Assembly: GCA_963824865.1 (NCBI GenBank) | Contig: CAWGQQ010000002.1 | Span: 113,188-177,187, forward strand | Reading direction: 5' to 3' | Origin: an uncultured Actinomycetes bacterium | GTDB taxonomy: Bacteria; Actinomycetota; Thermoleophilia; Solirubrobacterales; 70-9 | Length of the DNA stretch: 64,000 bases | Shown here: positions 45,289-53,537 of the stretch, piece after piece | Position numbering within the stretch: the stretch's first letter is position 1 | How the letters are laid out: every line of letters starts with the position of its first letter | The notes under the pieces: generated by a model | Databases searched by the model: none | What the model was told of the DNA's origin: nothing | What the model saw: only the letters and a program-made list of their open reading frames with translations | Position numbers and translations under genes: made by a program

Positions 45289-47337
45289 TCAACGCTTGGC
45301 ACTGCGAGCGTTCGGGCGACTCGCAGCGCTCAGTCCCGCCGCGCGTCGCTCCTCGGCGAACCTCTCCTCCAGGGCCAAGACCTCGGGGTCGTAGGGGTTG
45401 AGCCGCTTGGCGATCGCCAGTTTTTGGCGGGCAAGTCGGGGCGAGCTCCGGGCGTAGAGCTCGGCCAGGTTGTAGTGCGACGCCCATTCCTCGGGGGCCT
45501 TGCTCGCCGCCTCGCGGAAGGCTTCGATGGCTTGGGCGCGATCCCCGTTGGCACGGGCGATGGCGCCCTCGGAGAGCAGTGGATCGATGCTCAGCGGGTT
45601 GAGCGCCTGCGCCCGATCGAGGTCGTCGTAGGCCCGCGACGGGTCGGACCGCCACTCGTCGTAGGCGTCGTTTACGTAACGGTCGCTGAGGAAGGGGGGG
45701 ACCGCCGAGATCGCGAGCGCGATGGCGCCCAGCGCCAGCCAGCGTCGGCCGTGACCCCGGGGCCCCTCGCCGGCGGTCCGCAGAGCCGGCGCGCAGGCCG
45801 AGCCGAGCAGGGCGAAGACGGGCGCGGTGATCGCCGGGTAGGGCCAGAACCAGTCGAGCGAGGAATGCACGAGCCAGTAGGCGCCGGCCGTCAGGGCGAT
45901 GATCGACAACAACGCAGGCTCAGGCCCGAGCCGGCGCGCCCGGACCGCGCCGAGGCCCGCGGCGCCGATGGCGCCGGCGAACAGCAGCAGCCCCGGGATG
46001 CCGAGCTCGGACAGGTTCTCGAGCTCGACGCTGTGGGCGTCGCGAACCGAGACGGGGGCGTCCCGTTCCCGCTCGCGCAGATAGCTGTAGAGAAAGCCGC
46101 CGCCCCCTTCGCCGAGCACGGGATGATCGCGCGCGTCGATCAGCGCCACCCGCCAGATCGCGGCGCGGCGGGTGCCGGTGCTGAGGGAGGAGAAACGGCT
46201 CGACTCGCTCCTCAGGTCGGCGTCCTCGCCGCTGACGAACTGGGAAACACGCTCATCGATCCATTCGGCGGGATTGCCGACTGCCGCCACGAAGGCGGTG
46301 GAGCCGGCGAGCACGGCCGCCACGAGGCCGACAAGGGCCACGCGGTTGGCGACCGCGACGCGCTGTGCCGAGGCGGGCATGCGGTTGCCCACCAGCGCGG
46401 CCCCGGCGCCGATGGCCAGCGAGCCCAGGCAGGTGAAGGTGATCGCGCGCGCCGCCCCGCGCATCTCGCCGAGCGCGGAGCTCAGCTGGGCGTCTGCGGT
46501 TCCAGCGCGGTACAGATCGGTGAGGGCGGGGAGGATCAGGAGCGCCGGGATGACGGCGAGCGCCAGCCATCCCAATCTGCGCGCCCGGTCCTCCGAAAAC
46601 AGGAGGTAGACGCACAACGCCACCGCGCCGGCCGCCAGCGACCCCCGGGCCTGGCTCAGCATCGCCAGCTCGAGACAGAGGGTGGCGGTTGCGAGCGCGG
46701 CGCCTCGCACGGGCCAGGCGACCGTGCGGTGTGAGGCCAGCCCCAGCGCTGGCCACATGGCGATCGCGAAGAAGGCCGCGTTCGCGTTCCGGTAGCTGAG
46801 CGGGAATTCGAGCGTTCCCTCGTCGAGATAGCGGCCGACGTCGTCGCCCGTCAGCATGCCGACCACGGCGACGACCCCTCCGAACGCTCCGGCGACGGCA
46901 AGTGGGACCAGCGCCAGGTGCAAGCGGGGGGCCAACAGGTTGCAGAGCCAGATGCCGAGGCCGAAGGCGAGCCCGTAGGTGAGGATCCGCTGGCCGTCAC
47001 CGATCGCGACGTCCGGTACCGGGCTCCAGAGCGCCGACAGCGCCGCCCAGGCGCCGAGTCCGATCAGTGAGCCGAGCGCGATGGTCGCCGGCCGTGACCG
47101 CCACAGGCTGCCGCGCCAGGGGGCCGCCCAGGCGAGCAGCGCCATCGTGGCGCAGAGCAGGATCGTCCCCGGGAGCAGCACGGTTTCGAAGAACGCGCCG
47201 TCCTTGGCCGCCCACCACGACCAGACGATCGCGAGCATCGCTCCGAGGAGCAGCGCCGCCGGCTCGATCTGCCGCCAGCCCGCCGGGGAGTCGTCGGCGT
47301 TCGCGGACGCGGCAGGGGCTTGCGGGCCGGCCAGCAT
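45289..47337 (-). CDS. O-antigen ligase (Wzy_C)-like membrane protein with C-terminal TPR repeats
   Basis: Start taken at MLAGPQAP (47337). Multi-pass TM with ..LSQARGSLAAGAVAL.. and ..DAHSVELENLSELGIPGLLLF... C-terminal ..AYDDLDRAQALNPLSIDPLLSEGAIARANGDRAQAIEAFREAASKAPEEWASHYNLAELY.. is TPR-like. Confidence 0.75.
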   Translation of the reverse strand: MLAGPQAPAASANADDSPAGWRQIEPAALLLGAMLAIVWSWWAAKDGAFFETVLLPGTILLCATMALLAWAAPWRGSLWRSRPATIALGSLIGLGAWAALSALWSPVPDVAIGDGQRILTYGLAFGLGIWLCNLLAPRLHLALVPLAVAGAFGGVVAVVGMLTGDDVGRYLDEGTLEFPLSYRNANAAFFAIAMWPALGLASHRTVAWPVRGAALATATLCLELAMLSQARGSLAAGAVALCVYLLFSEDRARRLGWLALAVIPALLILPALTDLYRAGTADAQLSSALGEMRGAARAITFTCLGSLAIGAGAALVGNRMPASAQRVAVANRVALVGLVAAVLAGSTAFVAAVGNPAEWIDERVSQFVSGEDADLRSESSRFSSLSTGTRRAAIWRVALIDARDHPVLGEGGGGFLYSYLRERERDAPVSVRDAHSVELENLSELGIPGLLLFAGAIGAAGLGAVRARRLGPEPALLSIIALTAGAYWLVHSSLDWFWPYPAITAPVFALLGSACAPALRTAGEGPRGHGRRWLALGAIALAISAVPPFLSDRYVNDAYDEWRSDPSRAYDDLDRAQALNPLSIDPLLSEGAIARANGDRAQAIEAFREAASKAPEEWASHYNLAELYARSSPRLARQKLAIAKRLNPYDPEVLALEERFAEERRAAGLSAASRPNARSAKR

Positions 47338-47381
47338 CACGGGCAAGCTACTGATCGACCAGGCCGAAGGACGTGCCCGGA

Positions 47382-48314
47382 CTACCTGAAGGAATCGGCG
47401 GTCGCTCGCAGGCCCTGCTCGAGGGTGGTCCCGGGCCGCCATCCCAGCTCGCTTGTCGCGAGCGCGCTGTCGATCGCGATGCGCTGTACCTCCCCGGGTC
47501 GGGGTGGAGCCATCTCTGGGTCGAACTCTCCGTTGCCGACGCTCGCCAGCAGCCGTCCCAGCTCGAGCACGCTCGTTTCAACTCCGGTGCCGATGTTGTA
47601 GGTGCCGCTGGCTTGCGAGGTGGCTGCGGCCAGGAACGCCTCGACAACGTCGCCGACATACACGTAGTCGCGCGTCTGGCGACCGTCGCCGAACACCCTC
47701 GGGGTGCTGCCGCCGAGTAACGCCCCGCAGAAGATCGCCACTACGCCGGCCTCCCCGAGCGGGTCCTGCCGTGATCCGTAGACGTTGCCGAGCCGCAGGG
47801 CCACCGTGGGGAGGCCGTAGAGACGTCCGTAGAGCGACAGATAGCCCTCGGCCGCGTACTTGCTCTGGCCGTACGGGGCATCCGGCCTGCAATCGGATCC
47901 CTCGTCCAGGGGGAGCGGGCGTCCGGCGCCCTCGCCGTAGATCGCGCCTCCGGTAGAGGCCAGGATGAAGCGCCGTGTTTGTGCGCGGCGCGCTGCCTCG
48001 AGCAGGTTGACTGTCCCGGCTACATTGACGCCGAGGTCGAACACCGGCTCGGTGACGGAGCGGCGCACGTCGATCTGGGCCGCGAGGTGGAAGACGACCT
48101 CCGGGCTGCGGGTCTCGAAGGCACGGGCGACCGCCGCCGCATCGGTGACGTCGGCCTCGAGCAGCAGCGCCCCCTTGGCAATTGCCCCTTCGAGGTTCTC
48201 GCGCCGCCCGGTCGAGAGGTCGTCGATCACCACGACCCGGTCGCCGCGTTCGAGCAGGCCGTCGACCAGATGGGAGCCGATGAAGCCCGCCCCGCCGGTT
48301 ACCAATGCCTCCAT
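47382..48314 (-). CDS. NAD-dependent nucleotide-sugar epimerase (GalE-like)
   Basis: MEALVTGGAGFIGSHL.., ..ASTGGAIYG.., ..PYGQSKYAAE.. (GxxGxxG, S/YxxxK). Confidence 0.85.
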   Translation of the reverse strand: MEALVTGGAGFIGSHLVDGLLERGDRVVVIDDLSTGRRENLEGAIAKGALLLEADVTDAAAVARAFETRSPEVVFHLAAQIDVRRSVTEPVFDLGVNVAGTVNLLEAARRAQTRRFILASTGGAIYGEGAGRPLPLDEGSDCRPDAPYGQSKYAAEGYLSLYGRLYGLPTVALRLGNVYGSRQDPLGEAGVVAIFCGALLGGSTPRVFGDGRQTRDYVYVGDVVEAFLAAATSQASGTYNIGTGVETSVLELGRLLASVGNGEFDPEMAPPRPGEVQRIAIDSALATSELGWRPGTTLEQGLRATADSFR

Positions 48315-48400
48315 GGAAGAGGTCAGCTTAGAACGCTGGCTCGGCGGAAAATGCGGAAACTCGGTGCGGTGGCATCTGGGCCGATTGACATGATCCCTTC

Positions 48401-51400
48401 GTGAGCGGGTCGGCGGTCCATTTGCATGTCCACAGTGAGTACTCGCTGCTCGATGGCGCGTGCAAGATCAGCCGCATGGCGGAGCGAGCGGCCGAGTTGG
48501 AGATGCCCGCGCTCGGGCTCACGGACCATGGCGTCATGAACGGCGCCCTCGAGCACTACACGGCGTGCAAGGCGAGCGGGATCAAGCCGATCATCGGCCT
48601 GGAGGCCTATCTGGTCGATGACCGCAGCCGCGCCGCGGAGCGCCTCGAGCGCAACCATCTCACCCTGCTGGCCACCACGGACACCGGCTTTCGCAACCTC
48701 GTCAAGCTCACCTCGGCGGGGTTTCTGGAGGGGTTCGGTCGCGGCAAGCCGAGCGTCGACATGGAGCTCATGGACCGCCATTCGGAAGGGGTGATCGCAC
48801 TCACCGGATGCCTTCAGTCCCGCTTTTGCCGGCGCCTCGTGGAGGAGCGGCCGGCTGACGCGCGCAGCCATGTCGACGAGCTGCTGGGCGTCTTCGGGCC
48901 CGACAACGTCTACTTCGAGGTCCAGGCCAACGGGCTGGCCGAGCAGGACAAGGCCAACGAGGGCATCGCCCGGGTCGCCTCGGAGGTCGGCCGCCCGCTG
49001 GTCGCGACAGCAGACGTCCACTACCTGCGCCGTGAGGACTACTCGAACCACGCGGCGCTCCTTTGCGTGCAGACCAAGTCCACGATCGAGCAGCCCAAGC
49101 TGCGCTTCGAGACCAACGAGTTCTTCCTCAAGAGCGCCGATGAGATGACCGACTCGTTCTCGCGCTGGCCCGAGGCGGTGCCGACGACGCTCGAGATCGC
49201 CGAGCGTTGCGACGTGGAGATCGAGCTCGGCCAGCTCCTGCTGCCCCGATTCCCGACGCCCGAGGGCGAGGAGCCAGCCGCGATGCTGCGACGACTCGCC
49301 ACCGAGGGCCTGCGCCGCCGCTACGAGGATCCGGCTCCCGCGGAGGCCCACGAGCGGCTCGACTTCGAGCTCTCCGTGATCGCGGAGATGGGCTTCGATT
49401 CCTACTTCTTGATCGTCTGGGACTTCGTCAAGTACGCCAAGGACAACGGCATCGCCGTGGGCCCGGGACGGGGCTCCGCGGCGGGCTCGATCGTCGCCTA
49501 CTGCCTCAACATCACAGACCTCGATCCCCTGGCCAACGAGCTGCTGTTCGAGCGCTTCCTCAACCCGGCGCGCAAGTCGATGCCGGACATCGACATCGAC
49601 TTCTCGGTCCGCGGTCGCGAGCGGGTGATCCGCTACGTGGCGGAGAAGTACGGGCGCGAGTCGGTGGCGCAGATCATCACCTTCGGCAAGATGGCGCCTC
49701 GCGCGGCCACCCGCGACGCGGCCCGGGTCCTGGGCTTCGACTACGGAACCGGCGACCGGATCGCCAAGCAGATCCCCGAGCCCGTGCTCGGTCGAAACCC
49801 GAGCTTCAAGGAGTGTCTCGCGGATGGAGAGGAGCTGAAGCGCACCTACGACTCCGATCCGGAGGCGCGGCGCATCCTCGATGTCGCCCAGGGGCTCGAG
49901 GGGATCGTCCGCAACAACTCCATCCACGCCGCTGCAGTGGTGATCGCCGATCGGCCCTTGGCCGAGATCGTCCCGCTCCAGCTGGCGGAGGATCGTGGCG
50001 GCCCTGTCGATCGCGACGCGAATGGACTCGGCGCCGCCAACGGAGGCCGAGCCCAGCGCTCGTACAAGATCGTCACCCAGTACTCGATGGGGCCGATCGA
50101 GGAGATGGGCCTCCTGAAGATGGACTTCCTGGGGCTCCGCAACCTCGACGTGATCGAGGATGCGGTCGAGATCATCGAGCGCTCGCGCGACGTCAAGATC
50201 GAGATCGAGTCAATCCCCCTCGACGACGCCAAGACGTTCGAGATGCTCTCGAGGGGGGAGTCGGTTGGCGTCTTCCAGCTCGAGTCCGATGGCATGCGCG
50301 ATGCGTTGCGCCGGGTGCGCCCGACCGACTTCAACGACATCGTGGCGCTGGTCTCGTTGTACCGGCCGGGCGCGATGCGGTTCATCGACGACTACGCAAG
50401 CGGCAAGCTCGACCCCAGCTCGGTTCGCTACGCGGATCCTCGCCTGCGCCCGATCACCGAATCTACGTACGGCTGCTGCATCTACCAGGAGCAGCTGATG
50501 GAGATCGCCAAGCGGATGGCCGGATTCAGCCCCGCAGAGGCGGACGACCTACGGAAGGCGGTGGGCAAGAAGAAGCGTGACCTGATGGCGCAGATGAGGG
50601 ACAAGTTCCTCGCCGGCCTCGCCGAATCGGGAACCGATCGCCGGGTTGCCCAGGACCTCTGGTCGTTGATGACGGCCGCGGCCGATTACAGCTTCAATCG
50701 AAGCCATGCGGCCTGCTACGCGCTGATCGCCTATCGGACCGCGTTCTTGCGGGCCAACTACCCGGCCGAATACATGGCCGCCGTGATCTCCTCGGTGATG
50801 TCGACCAAGGACAAGGTGCCCTTCTTCGTCAATCGCTGTGAGGAGATGGGGATCGAGGTGTTGCCTCCGGACGTCAACTCGTCCGACCACGGCTTCGTGG
50901 TGAGCGGGAAGTCGATTCGCTTCGGGCTCGACGCGGTCAAGAACGTCGGCCACCAAGCGGTCGAGGCGATCATCGAGGCACGCAAGAGCGGCGGCGCGTT
51001 CTCGTCGATCTGGGAATTCTGCGACCGAGTGGACGCCCGGGCAGTCAACAAGCGGGCGATCGAGTGCCTGATCAAATGCGGGGCCCTCGAATCCACCGGC
51101 GGCAGCCGGAAGGGGACCCTCGAGGTGCTGTCCGTGGCGCAGGCGAGCGCCTCGAAGTCGCAGGAGGACGCCCGGCGGGGGCAGGGCTCGATCTTCGACC
51201 TCGGCGGCGAGCCGGCCGGCGGCGTGGAGACGCCGGCTGGCGGTGGGGGCGAGCAGCGACCGCCGATCCCAGGCGAAGAATTCGACCAGCGTGAGCTGCT
51301 GCGGCTCGAGAAGGAGACCCTCGGGACGTTTCTGTCAGCACACCCGCTGGCCGAGGTGCGCGACGCGCTTCGCGAACGGGTGGACTGCTCGCTTCCGGAC

Positions 51401-51946
51401 GTGGCCCGCAAGGAGGACGGCGCTTGGGTCTCCGTGGGCGGGATCGTCAGCGAGAGCAAGCGAGTCCGCACCCGCAACGGGGCCTACGTGATGTTCGCGA
51501 CTCTCGACGACCTGGAGGGTCGTGTGGAGCTGTTCGTCCGCGACGCGGGTTCAGAGGCGGCTTCGCGGATCGAGCTCGATCGCGTGGTCCTGGTGCGAGG
51601 TCGAGTCGACCACAAGGGCCGCGGCGAGACGAGCCTCGTGGTCGCTGAGGCGGAGCCATTCGAGCCCGGTGAGGACGAGGTGGCAGCCGCGCGGGCCAAG
51701 GCGAAGGCTCGGCGGCCCGATCGGATCCTGTTGCGAGTCAGCGCCGCCGAGTTCGGGGCCCAGCTCGTGGAGGAGTTGAAGTCCGTCTTCCAGAGCTTTC
51801 CGGGCGACTGTGAGGTGATGCTCGAGATGGAGACCCGAGACGGCACCCGGCGGTTGCGCTTCGGCCATGAGTACAGCGTCACGCCGTCTCAGGCCCTCCG
51901 CGCCGAGCTCGACCACCTGCTGGGCCCGCAGGCGGTTGCGGCATGA
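48401..51946 (+). CDS. dnaE: DNA polymerase III alpha subunit
   Basis: ..VHLHVHSEYSLLDGA.. PHP domain, ..GPGRGSAAGSIVAYCLNITDLDP.., ..PDIDIDF.., OB-fold C-terminus. 1181 aa and intact. Confidence 0.97.
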   Translation: MSGSAVHLHVHSEYSLLDGACKISRMAERAAELEMPALGLTDHGVMNGALEHYTACKASGIKPIIGLEAYLVDDRSRAAERLERNHLTLLATTDTGFRNLVKLTSAGFLEGFGRGKPSVDMELMDRHSEGVIALTGCLQSRFCRRLVEERPADARSHVDELLGVFGPDNVYFEVQANGLAEQDKANEGIARVASEVGRPLVATADVHYLRREDYSNHAALLCVQTKSTIEQPKLRFETNEFFLKSADEMTDSFSRWPEAVPTTLEIAERCDVEIELGQLLLPRFPTPEGEEPAAMLRRLATEGLRRRYEDPAPAEAHERLDFELSVIAEMGFDSYFLIVWDFVKYAKDNGIAVGPGRGSAAGSIVAYCLNITDLDPLANELLFERFLNPARKSMPDIDIDFSVRGRERVIRYVAEKYGRESVAQIITFGKMAPRAATRDAARVLGFDYGTGDRIAKQIPEPVLGRNPSFKECLADGEELKRTYDSDPEARRILDVAQGLEGIVRNNSIHAAAVVIADRPLAEIVPLQLAEDRGGPVDRDANGLGAANGGRAQRSYKIVTQYSMGPIEEMGLLKMDFLGLRNLDVIEDAVEIIERSRDVKIEIESIPLDDAKTFEMLSRGESVGVFQLESDGMRDALRRVRPTDFNDIVALVSLYRPGAMRFIDDYASGKLDPSSVRYADPRLRPITESTYGCCIYQEQLMEIAKRMAGFSPAEADDLRKAVGKKKRDLMAQMRDKFLAGLAESGTDRRVAQDLWSLMTAAADYSFNRSHAACYALIAYRTAFLRANYPAEYMAAVISSVMSTKDKVPFFVNRCEEMGIEVLPPDVNSSDHGFVVSGKSIRFGLDAVKNVGHQAVEAIIEARKSGGAFSSIWEFCDRVDARAVNKRAIECLIKCGALESTGGSRKGTLEVLSVAQASASKSQEDARRGQGSIFDLGGEPAGGVETPAGGGGEQRPPIPGEEFDQRELLRLEKETLGTFLSAHPLAEVRDALRERVDCSLPDVARKEDGAWVSVGGIVSESKRVRTRNGAYVMFATLDDLEGRVELFVRDAGSEAASRIELDRVVLVRGRVDHKGRGETSLVVAEAEPFEPGEDEVAAARAKAKARRPDRILLRVSAAEFGAQLVEELKSVFQSFPGDCEVMLEMETRDGTRRLRFGHEYSVTPSQALRAELDHLLGPQAVAA

Positions 51947-51958
51947 GGAAAGCGGTGC

Positions 51959-52063
51959 GGGCTAGCGACGAAGTCGCGGTAGCGGCGTGTGGACCTGCCG
52001 GGTCAGGCTTGAACCCTAGCCCGGCGGAAACGTAGGCGAAGCCGAGGCTTCCGCCGGAGTTAT
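51959..52063 (+). repeat. structured intergenic repeat, copy A
   Basis: GGGCTAGCGACGAAGTCGCGGTAGCGGCGTGTGGACCTGCCGGGTCAGG...CCCTAGCCCGGCGGAAACGTAGGCGAAGCCGAGGCTTCCGCCGGAGTTAT. Starts 12 nt after the dnaE stop and ends 19 nt before the next ATG. Confidence 0.85.
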
Positions 52064-52082
52064 GCAGGTCTAGACTTCTGAC

Positions 52083-52478
52083 ATGCCGCTCAAGCAACTA
52101 GAGGGGGAGGGTGTCCGGGCTGGCGAGTGTCGCCAGTGCCGCACCTTCTGCGACCGTCTCGTTGACCCTCGCGGTTGCGTCGAGCTTCGCTGCCGCTATC
52201 TCTACAGCTACGTCGATTCGCTGAGCGGCGGCCACTACATGGGATGCATGCGCAAGGTGTTTCGCGCCGAGATCGACCTGTCGATGTTCGAGGCCGCTGA
52301 GCAAAACGGCGGTTACGGTGGCATCAAGATGACCGGTGAGCCGCTGCCGCAATGCCAGTTCCGGGTGGAGCCTGCCTACGAGCAGGTCGGCCCCGCTCAC
52401 GAGTGCGTCAACCCAGGCTTCTTCGACTGCGGCGACGGGGAGCCACGCGCATTCGACCTCCGCGACGCCCTGGCGTAA
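52083..52478 (+). CDS. Cys-rich hypothetical protein (131 aa, 9 Cys, CxxC)
   Basis: MPLKQLEGEGVRAGECRQCRTFCDRLVDPRGCVELRCRYLYSY... No family recognised. Bracketed by repeat copies A and B. Confidence 0.5.
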   Translation: MPLKQLEGEGVRAGECRQCRTFCDRLVDPRGCVELRCRYLYSYVDSLSGGHYMGCMRKVFRAEIDLSMFEAAEQNGGYGGIKMTGEPLPQCQFRVEPAYEQVGPAHECVNPGFFDCGDGEPRAFDLRDALA

Positions 52479-52492
52479 ACGTCGGCTCGCCG

Positions 52493-52597
52493 GGGCTAGG
52501 GACGCAGTCCCGGTAGCAGCGTGTGGACCTGCCGGGTCAGGTCGGCGCCCTAGCCCGGCGGCAACGTAGCCGAAGGCGAGGCTGCCGCCGGAGTTAT
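52493..52597 (+). repeat. structured intergenic repeat, copy B
   Basis: GGGCTAGGGACGCAGTCCCGGTAGCAGCGTGTGGACCTGCCGGGTCAGGTCGGCGCCCTAGCCCGGCGGCAACGTAGCCGAAGGCGAGGCTGCCGCCGGAGTTAT. Its last bases contain the nfo stop codon (TAA on the minus strand, 52594-52596). Confidence 0.85.
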
Positions 52598-53454
52598 TTG
52601 CGCCTGGCCAGCGCCTCTTTGCGCAGGCGTTTCGCGAGGCGCACGTCCTTGCGTGCGGGGCTGCCGCCCTGCCCGGTCCCAGTCTCGATCAGGGCGGGAA
52701 GGCCCTCGAACCGCGGCTCCGATAGGAACACCCGCAGGCCCGCGTTGCCCAGCTCGCCCTCGCCCAGGTTCGCGTGCCGGTCGCGGTTGGAGCCGAGCGG
52801 AACCTTGGAGTCGTTGACGTGCAAGCAGCGCAACCGGTCGAGGCCGACCTTGGCGTGGAAGTCGTCCACCACCTCGGCGAGCGCCTCGGCCGAGCGGATC
52901 TCGAACCCCGAGGCGAGCAGGTGGCAGCAGTCGAGGCAGGCGCCCAGGCGCTTGCCGCCTCCAGCGGCGTCGATCAGCTCGGCGAGCTCGTCGAAGTTGC
53001 GGCCGAGCGGGCCCTGCGTTCCAGCGGTGTTCTCGAGCAGCAGCGGCGAGCGCTCCGAGCTTTCGAGCGCCTCGCGGATGGCCTTGCCGGCGCGTTTTAT
53101 CGAAGGACCCTGAGGCTCTCCCTTGCGTGCCCCGGCGTGCAGGACAACCCCGGCAGCGGCGATTCCATCGCCGATCCGCAGCGCGTGCTCCAGCGAGGTC
53201 AGCGATTTACGCCGGATCTCACGTTCCTTGCTGGCGCAGTTGATCAGGTAAACGGCATGGATGACGACGGCCTGCAGCGGCGAGGCGGCGATCGCCTCGC
53301 GAAACGCTTCGAAGTCCTCCTCGGTGTAGGACGTCGGTCGCCACATCCGGGGGCTCTGGTGGAAGATCTGGATCGCTTCGCAGTCACGCTCGACCCCGCG
53401 ATGGACGGCGTTCACCAGCCCGCCCGCCGTGGAGACGTGCGCGCCGATCAGCAC
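52594..53454 (-). CDS. nfo: endonuclease IV (AP endonuclease)
   Basis: ..IGAHVSTAGGL.., ..AIQIF..SPRMW.., ..VVLHAG.., ..LLENTAG.., ..CLDCCHL.., ..LHVNDSK... GTG start. Confidence 0.9.
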   Translation of the reverse strand: MLIGAHVSTAGGLVNAVHRGVERDCEAIQIFHQSPRMWRPTSYTEEDFEAFREAIAASPLQAVVIHAVYLINCASKEREIRRKSLTSLEHALRIGDGIAAAGVVLHAGARKGEPQGPSIKRAGKAIREALESSERSPLLLENTAGTQGPLGRNFDELAELIDAAGGGKRLGACLDCCHLLASGFEIRSAEALAEVVDDFHAKVGLDRLRCLHVNDSKVPLGSNRDRHANLGEGELGNAGLRVFLSEPRFEGLPALIETGTGQGGSPARKDVRLAKRLRKEALARRK

Positions 53455-53537
53455 CGGCGGCCCCGTCTCGCGCGGGTGCGGCGACCAACCCGCTTTGAGG
53501 TAAATCTACTCGTAATCACTACCCGAAAACAGGGTAG

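Noticed and set aside
362-49927. Many long ORFs in alternative frames or antisense to recognised genes. Examples: 362..991, 804..1490, 11073..11900, 19527..20654, 27485..29020, 33642..34910, 35194..36411, 42830..45205, 45274..46734, 48323..49927.
   Set aside because: Their translations are Arg/Pro/Ala/Gly-rich low-complexity strings with no motifs, and they lie opposite or out of frame to genes with clear conserved sequence. Long spurious ORFs are expected at ~70% GC because stop codons are rare.
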